Below the pieces are notes generated by a model. The model worked only from the letters and a program-made list of their open reading frames with translations. It was not told the origin of the DNA and ran no database searches. DNA of 64,000 nucleotides from a virus: the IMG/VR virus record IMGVR_UViG_3300021185_002806. One strand, 5' to 3'. This document shows, piece after piece, positions 29,311 through 39,454 of this stretch. Within the stretch, counting starts at the first letter, position 1; each line of letters begins with the position of its first letter. Position numbers and translations under genes: made by a program.

Positions 29311-29744
29311 TATCGGCGCATCCTTGCAATTTCTACAGCTTCTTCCTTATTGTCTGCAAATACCGGTACCATATTACTCTTATGCATTGTTGCAATACCA
29401 AGTAACTTACGTTCACCTGTATATTTCATAGATTCTTTCTTTGCAGTTGACCCTCCTAGATTATTACTAAGACTAGGATAGTCTGGTGTTTCACGTGTTT
29501 GTGGTGGCTCATATGCAGGTGGCCTATAATTCGGATTTACTTTTGGCTTATAATTACCTTGTCTATAATCTATATATTCATCCATAGTCATTTGCATATT
29601 GTGACTACCAATACGTTTCATATTTTTGTTATACGCACGTAAATCAGTTTCGTATGCTTTCATTTTACCAGCAGTAATCTTACTACGCTTTTTCTTCTTG
29701 TAATTAGTTGTGGTCATATACGGACCAACTAAGTGCATTGTCAT
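29310..29744 (-). CDS. conserved T4-like hypothetical protein
   Basis: YTG..LLGIATMHKSNMVPVF...IARMRR; early promoter at 29770-98. Confidence 0.8.
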   Translation of the reverse strand: MTMHLVGPYMTTTNYKKKKRSKITAGKMKAYETDLRAYNKNMKRIGSHNMQMTMDEYIDYRQGNYKPKVNPNYRPPAYEPPQTRETPDYPSLSNNLGGSTAKKESMKYTGERKLLGIATMHKSNMVPVFADNKEEAVEIARMRR

Positions 29745-29842
29745 AAGCTAAACTCCTTATTGAAGTAGTACTATAACATTATTTCGTTATTTTGTCAAGT
29801 TTTTAATAAATAACAAAAGAGACCATATATGAGGAGAGGTAT

Positions 29843-30325
29843 ATGATTGATCCAGTATCTGCCATTGGCATAGCGGCCGCGGCCTATCGTGGCATTAAAT
29901 CAGCAGTAGAAACAGGCAAAAGTTTACATGACATGGCAGGCACACTACAACAGTGGGCGGGCGCAATGTCTGACTTAGACTTTGCACACAGACAAGCAGA
30001 AAATCCACCAATGTTCAAAAAGATATTTGGTGCAAGCCAAGTTGAACAAAACGCCCTGGAAGTTTGGGGACATAAACAAAAAGCAAAAGAAATGCGTGAA
30101 GAATTAAGGTCTCACGTTAGTTTATATTATGGACCATCAGCATGGAAAGAAATTGTTGGAATAGAAGCACAGATGCGTAATGAACGTAAAGCGGCAGTCT
30201 ACGCCGCAGAAGAAAGAAAACAAAAAATCTTAGAATGGCTTATCGGTTTAGCACTTGCAGGTGCAATGACAACAATTATTGTTTTTATTATTTGGCTTGT
30301 AGGTAAAGGTCAAGGAAGATGGTAG
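29843..30325 (+). CDS. hypothetical protein with C-terminal TM helix
   Basis: SD gaggag, late promoter AATAAATA at 29805. Confidence 0.8.
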   Translation: MIDPVSAIGIAAAAYRGIKSAVETGKSLHDMAGTLQQWAGAMSDLDFAHRQAENPPMFKKIFGASQVEQNALEVWGHKQKAKEMREELRSHVSLYYGPSAWKEIVGIEAQMRNERKAAVYAAEERKQKILEWLIGLALAGAMTTIIVFIIWLVGKGQGRW

Positions 30326-30862
30326 TTACTGTGTAACTCCTAAATTTCTTAAAGACTTCTGTACACATATACTTTGTATCCTGCAATCCTCTAATGCGTT
30401 GTGGGCCGCGAATGCTATATCTTTTCTAGGGTCTCTTGGCATAAGACTAAACAAAGTTCTACTATCCCTAATATTATAGAATGCCCAATTATAATGTAAT
30501 CCTAGTTGTCTATACAAATTTTCTAAAATAGCAATATCAAATACTGGTCCTTGACACCATATCTTATCAACTCCAACTAAATACTTGTTCAACTTAATTA
30601 GGATTTCTTTTACTGAATGTCTATTCTCATCTGATAATGCTTCCTCAACGATTTCAGGTGCTTGTCTTGACCACCACTCTATTGTGCCATCTTCAACGTG
30701 TCTTCCCATAGCAGTTTGCTCATCGACATTTGCTCTATAGTAAAATTCATTATAAGGCGGGTCATTTGTAAAAGGGTCAAACTTAATTGCACCTATTGTT
30801 AATAATACTGCATCTGGCTTCGTACTTAATGTTTCTAAGTCGATTGTTGCATGTGTTGGCAT
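30326..30862 (-). CDS. DEDD 3'-5' exonuclease (DexA-like)
   Basis: IDLETL, FDIAIL, RDSRT, HNALED. Confidence 0.9.
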   Translation of the reverse strand: MPTHATIDLETLSTKPDAVLLTIGAIKFDPFTNDPPYNEFYYRANVDEQTAMGRHVEDGTIEWWSRQAPEIVEEALSDENRHSVKEILIKLNKYLVGVDKIWCQGPVFDIAILENLYRQLGLHYNWAFYNIRDSRTLFSLMPRDPRKDIAFAAHNALEDCRIQSICVQKSLRNLGVTQ

Positions 30863-30864
30863 AA

Positions 30865-31590
30865 TTACTCTTTTCTAAGTTTATTGTTTACTTCTATTAC
30901 AGTCTTCAATATTTCACTTTTTGAGTAGTCATAAAAAGCCTCTGTGTCTTTAGGAAAACAATGTCCTCCAAAACCAAGTCCACCATCTTCATTAGGTGCC
31001 TTCATATGACTAGGTCCTATATTCTCAAATAAGCCTAATATATCTATCATCTTATCATGATTATAGGAATTGTCAAGATTATTTTTCATTTCATGAAAAA
31101 ATGCTACTTTTATTGCTAACCAAGAGTTATGTACATATTTTATCATACTTGCTGTTGTTCTATCCACATCAAAAAAGAATACATTTAAATATGAAAATAC
31201 TCCTCTCCAATAATGACAGCCTTGTGGTGATCCACCTAAGATAAAATGCTTTTGTCTATCCCAATCGTCTTTCGCCGTATTTGCTCTCAAAAACTCAGGA
31301 TTATATGTAACATTATCAGGATACTGTTCCAACATGTCTGGTGGCACTGTACACTTTAATAATACTTTCATATCTCCTAGTTCTGATAATACTTGTCTGA
31401 TTATACTATCATCACATTTGCCATTCACTGTAGGTGTAGGAACACATACGACTGCACCTTTAGCCTTTAGATAATCTTGTATCTTATTATCATTTAGCTT
31501 TGGATCAATCCTTACTACTTGTTTTCCATTTTCTTCTAGTGATTTAGCTACTGTTTCCCCTACAAACCCACAACCTACTACTAATATCAT
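30865..31590 (-). CDS. nucleotide-sugar dehydrogenase (UDP-glucose 6-dehydrogenase-like, short form)
   Basis: GCGFVG, CVPTP, YNPEFL, GFGGHCFPKD. Confidence 0.9.
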   Translation of the reverse strand: MILVVGCGFVGETVAKSLEENGKQVVRIDPKLNDNKIQDYLKAKGAVVCVPTPTVNGKCDDSIIRQVLSELGDMKVLLKCTVPPDMLEQYPDNVTYNPEFLRANTAKDDWDRQKHFILGGSPQGCHYWRGVFSYLNVFFFDVDRTTASMIKYVHNSWLAIKVAFFHEMKNNLDNSYNHDKMIDILGLFENIGPSHMKAPNEDGGLGFGGHCFPKDTEAFYDYSKSEILKTVIEVNNKLRKE

Positions 31591-31775
31591 GTATTACTTT
31601 CCTGTTTTAATCGCCATATACAATAAACATCACACCAAAGTTTGTATAGTCCCCAAACACAGAACCCGGCGAAACTTTGTTGCCACCAAATAGGAGAATA
31701 GAAAGCTACTTTAAACTGAACTAACATGAAGTCTGCCATTAGAAAACTGGCAATATAATCATACCATCTTATCAA
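31587..31775 (-). CDS. small membrane protein
   Basis: Coupled ORF. Confidence 0.55.
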   Translation of the reverse strand: MIRWYDYIASFLMADFMLVQFKVAFYSPIWWQQSFAGFCVWGLYKLWCDVYCIWRLKQESNT

Positions 31776-31972
31776 TTCTTATCCTTTTCTTCTCTATCTT
31801 TAATTTTTTGTTTTAAATCACAAATCTCTTTTGTGTATTTTTCATAAGCCCACTTTGCACCTTCGTCACCGGTTTCCAAATACATTTTACTAAATATATC
31901 TGCATTCTTAGTAAGATTTTCTATAATTTTATTATACTTTATTCTTATCGGGGACATCCATGCTTGTGTCAT
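31772..31972 (-). CDS. small hypothetical protein
   Basis: Coupled ORF. Confidence 0.55.
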   Translation of the reverse strand: MTQAWMSPIRIKYNKIIENLTKNADIFSKMYLETGDEGAKWAYEKYTKEICDLKQKIKDREEKDKN

Positions 31973-31976
31973 TACG

Positions 31977-32267
31977 TTATTCCTTTATCAATGAGGACCA
32001 CTTCTTTAGTTTGTTTCTTTTAACTTGTACACGTTCTTCAAGTTCGTTCCACTCAACTAATCCGTTCTCAGCTAACAGTTCTATCATACATAATACATCG
32101 CCTGCTTCTTCGATAATCTTATTTCGTTGAGTTTGAGCATTTAGTTTCTTACTTGTTAGTTCATCAGTGTTATCAAACTTTCTCATCATCTTACTGCATA
32201 CTTGAGTTAATTCACCACATTCTTCCATAGTGATGGTCATAAGTTCTTGTAAGTTATTTAGCGCCAT
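31977..32267 (-). CDS. MazG-like protein (copy 2)
   Basis: MEECGELTQ...EEAGDVLCM. Confidence 0.8.
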   Translation of the reverse strand: MALNNLQELMTITMEECGELTQVCSKMMRKFDNTDELTSKKLNAQTQRNKIIEEAGDVLCMIELLAENGLVEWNELEERVQVKRNKLKKWSSLIKE

Positions 32268-32461
32268 GATTTTTGATATCCATATTCTACTACTTTTGCA
32301 GTTGATTTTGGGGTTCGCCATATATCTGCAAAACTATCAGCATCTTTTTCAGTATCAAACAGTTGTACTTTCATATCCATACATTTACCAGTATCTTCTG
32401 TAACATACAGCCAATCGCCTTCGCCTAACTTAATCTTTATTGCGTACTTTTTTTCCATCAC
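32258..32461 (-). CDS. small hypothetical protein
   Basis: ORF in operon. Confidence 0.6.
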   Translation of the reverse strand: MMEKKYAIKIKLGEGDWLYVTEDTGKCMDMKVQLFDTEKDADSFADIWRTPKSTAKVVEYGYQKSWR

Positions 32462-32593
32462 TTATTCCAGTCCCTCCAGATTTCTTACTACCACAGTTGC
32501 TACAGAATTGAATTCTGACTGTAAAAAACAAATCATCTAATTCAACTACTACTTGCCTTTGGGTGATAGTAACGTTATTACAACACCCTTGAC

Positions 32594-32833
32594 TCATACC
32601 TTACCTTGTAACCGCAAGTTCAGTATAAAATTTTCTACTGTCAGTTTAAGTATAGATGCCGCCATAATTACATCGGAATCCTTACCTTCTATCTTGTCCA
32701 ACATTTCCATCACGCTAAGACCAATCATATCGTAGACTGTATCCTCGGATACGTTTAAGTTAGTCCAATCGATTGGATCTGTGATATTTGATTCTTTAGC
32801 CAATTCAATTAGTTGACGCAGTGTAGGTTTCAT
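32594..32833 (-). CDS. hypothetical protein
   Basis: DPIDW...KLTVENF.LNL. Confidence 0.65.
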   Translation of the reverse strand: MKPTLRQLIELAKESNITDPIDWTNLNVSEDTVYDMIGLSVMEMLDKIEGKDSDVIMAASILKLTVENFILNLRLQGKV

Positions 32834-33018
32834 TAATCTTCCAGTTTGTTAGTCAGGTCTGATAGCTTTTGTCTAATTAATTCTAAGTACTTGTGTTGAA
32901 CTTTCTCTATTTCAGATACACGTAACACTTCTGACAATCTATCTATTTCTTTAACTATTTCAATTTTAGTCATTTCACTTCCCTTATTATACATGTTTTA
33001 TGACTATATTGCAAGTCA

Positions 33019-34035
33019 TTAGTTTCTTGTACATTCCTCAAAAGGGATACTCGCCAAGTTCTTACATTTAGCCTCAACCATAATATCGAAATTATTACGA
33101 AAAGAACCAGCCCAATCATTTACTGCATCATTCCACATAAAGTCACTGTGGGCTCGCAGTTTGGCTTTTTTATGTCCTGTTTCTATAAGTTTTTGAAAGT
33201 CTGGCTTAACATCTGTTCTATGTCCTGTAAGGTAATCCTCACGGCTAACAGAATAATGCATAGCAGGCCTAACGCCCCGCCAACTATCAATAACTCTTTT
33301 AACTCTATCATCGTTTGCATTTATATATTCACCTGCACTATGTACCCAATGGTGATGTATGTCTAACACCAATGCTACATCTTTTTCTAGTTCTAAGCAA
33401 GAATCGAGACCCCACGACATTTCCTCGTTTTCGATTGTGATTGTGTTTCTTGCTTCTTGGGATAATCTTGGGAGAATTGCTTTGATACCTTCTGGACCTT
33501 TTCTACCCGATATGTGGACGTTGCATTTGAAATCTTGAAACGACTTGCCATAGCCCATCCACCTGATGATATCTGCATGGTATTCGAACTCCTTTATGCT
33601 ATTTTCTACAACATCAGGTCTGTCTGATGCGAGAACCGTAAATTGACCAGGGTGCATTGATAAACGAACATTGTTTGCCCTAGCCTTATCACCGATTGTA
33701 TTTAGTCTACTTGCAATCAAATCTGTAATATAGTTAGTCTTAGATAGATAACTAAAATTATCTTCTGTGTATGCAGGCAACATGTCACTGCCTAATCGTA
33801 ACATACGTTGCTCGATAGGCAATGTACTTACATAATCAATAAGTTTTTCTGTAGCATCAAGGTTATGTTCGATAAGGTCATAAACTTTTTCTTGTGCTTG
33901 GTCTGTATGTTCACGTAACCATCTGATTGTTGTGCCACGAAAGTTCAATGGTTGCTGAATTTCTTTCAAAGCCTTAGGCTTTAGATTTTGATTATGATGC
34001 ATGAATTTACATGCGAACCCTACTCTACCTGTCAT
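33019..34035 (-). CDS. uvsE: UV damage endonuclease
   Basis: GFACK, RLSMHPGQF, TIENEE, LDIHHH, AHSD, MVEAK. Confidence 0.93.
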   Translation of the reverse strand: MTGRVGFACKFMHHNQNLKPKALKEIQQPLNFRGTTIRWLREHTDQAQEKVYDLIEHNLDATEKLIDYVSTLPIEQRMLRLGSDMLPAYTEDNFSYLSKTNYITDLIASRLNTIGDKARANNVRLSMHPGQFTVLASDRPDVVENSIKEFEYHADIIRWMGYGKSFQDFKCNVHISGRKGPEGIKAILPRLSQEARNTITIENEEMSWGLDSCLELEKDVALVLDIHHHWVHSAGEYINANDDRVKRVIDSWRGVRPAMHYSVSREDYLTGHRTDVKPDFQKLIETGHKKAKLRAHSDFMWNDAVNDWAGSFRNNFDIMVEAKCKNLASIPFEECTRN

Positions 34036-34447
34036 TGTACACCTCATCGTTTGCAATTGGACGCAAGTCACGAATCAATGCGCCTTCTAAAAAAGTTATA
34101 TCTACTTCACTATTCAATTCTATCAGAACTAGATGCCATTTGTCAATACTATAATTATAATTTTCTTTGAACCACATCCAACCTTTTGGGTTATAATTTG
34201 CTTTATTTGTTGCTTTATCATAGTGACTTTTATTACGTGCAGAAAAGAAGCCTTTCCCTACATAAATGATTTCATCTTCATCAAATATTACATATACACC
34301 ACGCTTACGTTTATGCCCTTTGAAGCCTTCCTCCCACGATGGGAATACCTGTACACTTATAGGAGAAATGCCTTCTGCTTTCAGCCTACCATGTAATGAA
34401 TTTTCTACGATGAATAAAGTTTCAGTCATTAGCTTTAATTCGTTCAT
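34025..34447 (-). CDS. GIY-YIG nuclease-like protein
   Basis: GVYVIF...IYVGKG...R...LE..LI...P..N. Confidence 0.8.
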   Translation of the reverse strand: MNELKLMTETLFIVENSLHGRLKAEGISPISVQVFPSWEEGFKGHKRKRGVYVIFDEDEIIYVGKGFFSARNKSHYDKATNKANYNPKGWMWFKENYNYSIDKWHLVLIELNSEVDITFLEGALIRDLRPIANDEVYNDR

Positions 34448-34694
34448 CCTTGTATATAAAAAGCAACATAGATTCTACATGCTTATATTTCTCAGGTACT
34501 ACAACTGTTTTTTCTACATATGGAGTGTAAGAAGTATTATGCAGTCCGCCCCATGTAGTCTCAATTCGTTTCAACCCTTTGAGTACCTTACCTTTGATAG
34601 TCCAATTACCCTTACCGCATTCAGCATTAAGCAGTCTAACAATGCCGTAGAATTGCTCACGTGTACTAAACTTGAATTTGAATTCGTGTGTCAT
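34422..34694 (-). CDS. hypothetical protein
   Basis: Promoter TTGACA-N17-TATAAT at 34730-58. Confidence 0.65.
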   Translation of the reverse strand: MTHEFKFKFSTREQFYGIVRLLNAECGKGNWTIKGKVLKGLKRIETTWGGLHNTSYTPYVEKTVVVPEKYKHVESMLLFIYKDERIKAND

Positions 34695-34768
34695 CTTCTG
34701 CCTATATCCTTTACAATAATGATAAATACATTATAGTACAATATAAAGAAAATGTCAAGGAATTTATT

Positions 34769-36375
34769 ATGTCAGATATGAAAATTTGGAAGAACATCAT
34801 TGTAAATGCTACTAAAGTAGCAGAAAGCAATGACATAGAGGATGCAAATCATACAGACCATGAAGTCAGTATGGCAAAATCGCAACTATTATCAAGTGTG
34901 AAAAGTGCAGTTAGAATTGGCAAACATGTCAATGCACTATCAGAAACAGAAGGGTTAGAAGGTTGGGTTGCATCAAAATTGACTATGGCCGAAGACTATC
35001 TTCAGGTTGTAGCAGACCATATGGACGGAAAAAAGCTATCAGAAGGCTATAAAGTTCTTCCACCAATGGATAAAGAAAAGTATCAAGCACGTTCAGGGCT
35101 AGAAGGTCCTTTCTCTACACTAAGCGGCAAAGTAGTATACTACGATCCAAGAGAAGGCAAGTACTATGATCCTGACACTGACATGTATATCTCATATGAA
35201 GACTTCCAAAAACTTGACAATGATTATTCTGGCATGAAAGACGAGCGTGACGAAGTTAAAGAAGCAGGTGGATATTATACACAGCCAGTATATGATATGA
35301 TTAAACAACATGGTTATCCAAAAGTAATGCATAGATTACTATCTGCCTTAGATGCAGATGTAATACAGGATTTTATAAGCCGTGAACCAGATTTAAATGA
35401 ATCAGAAAAGCGTTGGAAACAAACTAGTATGTCTCCACAAGAAGCAATAGCAAAATACGGTAAAGAAAACGTAAAAGTTAAAAAAGGTGCATTGCGTAAT
35501 GGCAATGATATGGTAGAAGTATTTGTTGAATCATAGAAGTATTTGTTGAATCATATTCACCAGGTGATGAGTATGCTGATGGTATGGTAAGTAATTGCTG
35601 TGGTGCTCCTATAATGGACTATAACGATGGATTTGGCAGATGTTCAGATTGCAAAGAAATGGCAAGCGGTGAGAAAGAAGAAGAATACTACGAATCAACT
35701 GCTTCCGGAACTTATGCTAATGTATATTATGATTACAGTGAAGGTTTTTATATGATTGACGTATATAAAGATGGCAAAAAGGTAGAAGAATATGATGATT
35801 ACATGGGTGCAATGGAAGAAGGTAATCCCATTAAAGATAAGTTCTTAGAACTTGTTAAGAAAGCCGGTTTAGAACCAGAAGGTCTTCCTCTTGTATCAAC
35901 AGGTGGTGATGAACCTGATGAAACAGGTGTATTTAAGAATGGCAAGTTCAACTGGCATAAGTCATCAAGTGTATCAGAAGGCCCATTTAAAGGTATCGGT
36001 AAACAGTTGATGAAAAGAAAACTCAACAAACAATATAAAAAATCAGACCTTGCAAATTTCGATAAGTCAGGAATAGACACAAGCGGAAAAACTCCTGATG
36101 AAGTCGGGCAAATGAAGTCAGATTTTTATCATGACCATATGGACAAGGCGGCTAGAGCAAAAAAAGCCGGCGACCGATTATCAGGAAAGAAAAAAGTAAA
36201 AGAATCAACACAAGCATTAACAGAAGAACAATTTGATGAAGCGGCTGGTGAGAAAGATGCTTGTTATCACAAAGTAAAAAGCAGATACAAAGTTTGGCCT
36301 AGTGCATACGCATCTGGTGCCTTAGTTAAGTGTCGCAAAGTCGGTGCTAAAAATTGGGGCAATTCAAAGAAATGA
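34769..36375 (+). pseudogene. modular candidate internal-head polyprotein (528 aa) split by a 20-nt tandem duplication
   Basis: Removing one copy of tagaagtatttgttgaatca (35514-33 / 35534-53) fuses ORFs 34769-35536 and 35584-36375 in frame; late promoter at 34721. Confidence 0.8.
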
Positions 36376-36782
36376 AAATTTCAGAGATAGATAGTAAACT
36401 TTTTGAAAAGTGTTGGAAGGGCTATAAGAAGCACGGCACTAAAATGATGTTTGGTAAGCGTGTACCTGATTGTCGTAAGAATGAATCAGAAGAACATGTA
36501 GATGAAGATTTACGTGCTTGGTTTGGCAAAGGCAAAAAAGGCGGAGCTGGCGGTGGCGGTTGGGACCGTTACAATACTAAAGGCGAACGTGTAGGTAAAT
36601 GCGGAGACAGTGGCAAGGGTGAAGGCAAACCTAAGTGTTTATCAAAATCAAAAGCCGCAAGCCTTAGAAGCAGTGGTGGTAAGAAAGCTATTGCTAATGC
36701 AGTTAAACGTAAAAAGACAAATGATCCAAATGCAAATCGTAAAGGTAAAGCAAAAAACGTAAGTAATCGTCCAAAGAAATAA
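36372..36782 (+). CDS. basic modular candidate internal-head protein
   Basis: MKISEIDSKLFE leader; CWKGY..PDC and DLRAWF..KPKC modules. Confidence 0.75.
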   Translation: MKISEIDSKLFEKCWKGYKKHGTKMMFGKRVPDCRKNESEEHVDEDLRAWFGKGKKGGAGGGGWDRYNTKGERVGKCGDSGKGEGKPKCLSKSKAASLRSSGGKKAIANAVKRKKTNDPNANRKGKAKNVSNRPKK

Positions 36783-36783
36783 T

Positions 36784-36921
36784 ATGAATAAGAATAAAAA
36801 AATTATTAAGATGCAAGTTACAGAAGCAGACAAAAGATTAAATACTCCAGCATGGCAAAGATATATGCAAGGCGATACTAGATACGAATATAAATATCTG
36901 AGAGGATTAAAAAATGATTAA
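36784..36921 (+). CDS. small protein (45 aa, not in ORF track)
   Basis: VTEADKRLNTPAWQRY motif. Confidence 0.6.
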   Translation: MNKNKKIIKMQVTEADKRLNTPAWQRYMQGDTRYEYKYLRGLKND

Positions 36922-37111
36922 GAATTTAAAAGATTTAATTATAATGATGTTAGTAATAGGCGTATTAGGATTACTAGGAGTTATAATAATTGGTGACTAT
37001 TATGTAGCACTACAAGAAAATAGACCAGTAGATGAGAGTGTTATTACTCTTATGAAAATGGCACTGACCGGGCTAATAGGCATAATAGCAGGTTATATAG
37101 GAAGTAAATAA
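36914..37111 (+). CDS. two-TM membrane protein (holin-like topology)
   Basis: Two hydrophobic helices. Confidence 0.65.
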   Translation: MIKNLKDLIIMMLVIGVLGLLGVIIIGDYYVALQENRPVDESVITLMKMALTGLIGIIAGYIGSK

Positions 37112-37311
37112 TGCCAGAAATGATGATTGAGTCCATGTCAACAAGTACATCGAAGACTTATTGTCAAAATTGCGGGCATTCATCACATTGCGGTACAGGC
37201 AAATATGCAACATTCAAAGACTACCAATGTGATGGTGGTGAATACCGAGAAGTCAAAATCTGCGAACATTGTAGATGTTCAGAATGCAGTAACAAAGGAA
37301 AGAAAAAATGA
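37111..37311 (+). CDS. small Cys/His-rich zinc-finger protein
   Basis: CQNCGHSSHCG...CEHCRC..C. Confidence 0.7.
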   Translation: MPEMMIESMSTSTSKTYCQNCGHSSHCGTGKYATFKDYQCDGGEYREVKICEHCRCSECSNKGKKK

Positions 37312-37724
37312 GTCAACTATCAAATGAAATGAAAAAATTGCGTGATTCGATAATGGAGTCAATTCAAACTGATAAAACTATTAATAGTGAAGCAGTAATG
37401 TCTGAGGTTGTATTAGAAGATGACCAAGACTTTCATGAACATTATGGATATCTTGCATTTTCAGAAGATGAAACAGACATGTTTGAAGCTGAATATCAAG
37501 GCAGAAGTGTTAAACTAAACAAACCAATGCGTGGTGATGTTAAAAAGTTTAAGGTTTATGTAAAAAATGATAAAGGTAACACAATAAAAGTTAACTTTGG
37601 CGACCCAAATATGAAAATTAAAAAGTCTAATCCTGCTAGAAGAAAATCTTTCAGGGCAAGACATAACTGTGATAACCCAGGACCAAAAACAAAAGCAAGA
37701 TATTGGTCATGTAGAAAGTGGTAA
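37308..37724 (+). CDS. basic candidate internal/DNA-binding protein
   Basis: Acidic leader then AEYQGR...VNFGDPNM...SFRARHNC...YWSCRKW. Confidence 0.8.
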   Translation: MSQLSNEMKKLRDSIMESIQTDKTINSEAVMSEVVLEDDQDFHEHYGYLAFSEDETDMFEAEYQGRSVKLNKPMRGDVKKFKVYVKNDKGNTIKVNFGDPNMKIKKSNPARRKSFRARHNCDNPGPKTKARYWSCRKW

Positions 37725-37746
37725 TCATCCTTAACTAAAAGGAATT

Positions 37747-37884
37747 ATGAGATATAATGCTAGTGCTACTGCACACGAAAGAGGCCCTAAAAAAAGAACG
37801 GCAATAGGCAATTCTACTAGGTCTCGACCTAATAACAAACATAAGAAAAGATCCTTTAAGAAATATAGAGGACAGGGTAAGTAA
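37747..37884 (+). CDS. small basic protein (45 aa, KKYRGQG motif; not in ORF track)
   Basis: SD aagga; ...PNNKHKKRSFKKYRGQGK. Confidence 0.75.
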   Translation: MRYNASATAHERGPKKRTAIGNSTRSRPNNKHKKRSFKKYRGQGK

Positions 37885-37920
37885 AAAAGGGAGCATTACG
37901 CTCCCTTAGTTTTTTTAAAT
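37885..37920. terminator. bidirectional rho-independent terminator
   Basis: A-tract, agggagc-atta-cgctccct stem, T-tract, between convergent genes. Confidence 0.85.
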
Positions 37921-37930
37921 TCTTTTTTTA

Positions 37931-38761
37931 TTAACCTAAAAGTTTTGCTAAAGTCTTTGGTCCTGCAATACCATCTGCTACTAGACCGTTTGCAACTTGC
38001 CATTCTTTTAACTTTGCTTCTGTTCCAGGACCGAAATCTCCATCTGCACTGATACCAAGGGCTTTTTGCATTTTTGCAACAGTACTTCCTTTACTACCTT
38101 TACGAACAGTTTCAAGTATCTCTTTTGGTTCATAATGACCTCCGAGTACTTCTATCGCATGTGCGTAATGTTTCTTACGGTCTTCTAGTCCTATAGTTCC
38201 GCCATTAATACGTTTCGTCATTCCAACAATATCTTGTGCATCGCAGTAACGATTAATATTGTTAGTCTCCCAGAACCAACATGCACTTGCTAATGCACCA
38301 ATAGGTGTACGAACAAAATCAGTACATTCTTCCGCAGTTCTTCTTTCTGACTCTCCAAACTTTGTATAATTGTGACGACCTGTTAGTTGTAGGATTCCCC
38401 CACCTCTAAATCTCCAACCGTCACCAGAGCCAGTATCTCCGTTATCCATACGATTTGCATAGATTACGTTTGCGATTTTTTCTGGTTGTCTATGATATTC
38501 TTGTGCATTTCTTCCTGCACGTTTAAAATATTTCGGGAAAATCTTATCTAGTGCATCTGCACTATAATTTAGATTCTCAGATAGAACAGTGTAACCAGCA
38601 GATTCGTGTGCCGTCTGAGCAATAAATCCTGCTACTCTATCAACAGTATCAATATCCCATCTGGGTAAAACTCTAGTCATTGCATCATGCCATTCGTTAG
38701 CATCTATGCGTGGTAGTAATTCCGCTACATGTTCTACAGTGAAATTAAACTTAAAAGCCAT
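37931..38761 (-). CDS. endolysin: GH19 domain plus C-terminal peptidoglycan-binding domain
   Basis: FIAQTAHES, ENLNYS, FRGGGILQLTG, RINGG, DGDFGPGT, DGIAGPKT. Confidence 0.93.
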   Translation of the reverse strand: MAFKFNFTVEHVAELLPRIDANEWHDAMTRVLPRWDIDTVDRVAGFIAQTAHESAGYTVLSENLNYSADALDKIFPKYFKRAGRNAQEYHRQPEKIANVIYANRMDNGDTGSGDGWRFRGGGILQLTGRHNYTKFGESERRTAEECTDFVRTPIGALASACWFWETNNINRYCDAQDIVGMTKRINGGTIGLEDRKKHYAHAIEVLGGHYEPKEILETVRKGSKGSTVAKMQKALGISADGDFGPGTEAKLKEWQVANGLVADGIAGPKTLAKLLG

Positions 38762-38764
38762 TCT

Positions 38765-39217
38765 TTAGTCCTCCAATTTTACTTGGCCTGCTTCTATTAG
38801 CCATTCTCTATTTTTCAAGTGAGCCTCTTGTATTGCATCTTTTGATTGACCTTCATACGGGACTGCATGATGATTGTCTAACATAACTGTAGTAAATGCT
38901 ACATAATCATCTTTGTCTTTATCCCAAATTTTAAAGTCTCCTAAAATTCTGCCAAATTTTCCTGTCTTGTCTTTTTGTGTTATGATAATTTGACTAGATC
39001 CAACTGGCATAAGAAATCTTACGAACTCTTTCGCCGCAAGTCCGAATTTCTTTTCAGTCAAATCTCTGGTTCTAGATTCAGGAGTATCAATACCCATGAT
39101 TCTAACTCTTTCTCTGTGCATCCATACACCAAAGCCTAAGTCTATATCAACGTCAACTGTGTCTCCGTCTACTATTCTTAGTATTTTACATCGGTATTCA
39201 TACATAATCCTCTCCAA
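38765..39217 (-). CDS. thermonuclease (SNase-like)
   Basis: VDGDTVD, RIMGIDTPE, GKFGRILG. Confidence 0.9.
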   Translation of the reverse strand: MERIMYEYRCKILRIVDGDTVDVDIDLGFGVWMHRERVRIMGIDTPESRTRDLTEKKFGLAAKEFVRFLMPVGSSQIIITQKDKTGKFGRILGDFKIWDKDKDDYVAFTTVMLDNHHAVPYEGQSKDAIQEAHLKNREWLIEAGQVKLED

Positions 39218-39454
39218 TTATTTCTTATTAACATCTTTCAAACAACCGGGAAATGCTTTTTCTGTCCCATCTGTTATTTTCTTTGCAAGTTTATACGGAA
39301 GAAATCCAAAAAACTGCGGAAAGAAAGCATGAATGATGCCTGTTATTACCATTAGCAAACCAATACCATTAAAGTACATAGCTTTATAAAAATGTGTAAA
39401 CCAGTTTGCTTCTGCCTTGTCTAAATGGTCAATATCGATTAATTTATCTTCCAT
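39218..39454 (-). CDS. DUF6356-like membrane protein
   Basis: HL......WF.H...A...IHAFFP. Confidence 0.6.
   Translation of the reverse strand: MEDKLIDIDHLDKAEANWFTHFYKAMYFNGIGLLMVITGIIHAFFPQFFGFLPYKLAKKITDGTEKAFPGCLKDVNKK

Noticed and set aside
34025-34447. Intron-encoded homing endonuclease
   Set aside because: Short free-standing GIY-YIG domain; flanking genes are not interrupted and no group I intron core is visible
35534-35536. Stop-codon recoding (TAG read-through, alternative genetic code)
   Set aside because: Read-through would not restore the frame. Conserved genes are intact under code 11, TAG/TGA serve as normal stops, and no suppressor tRNA is present.
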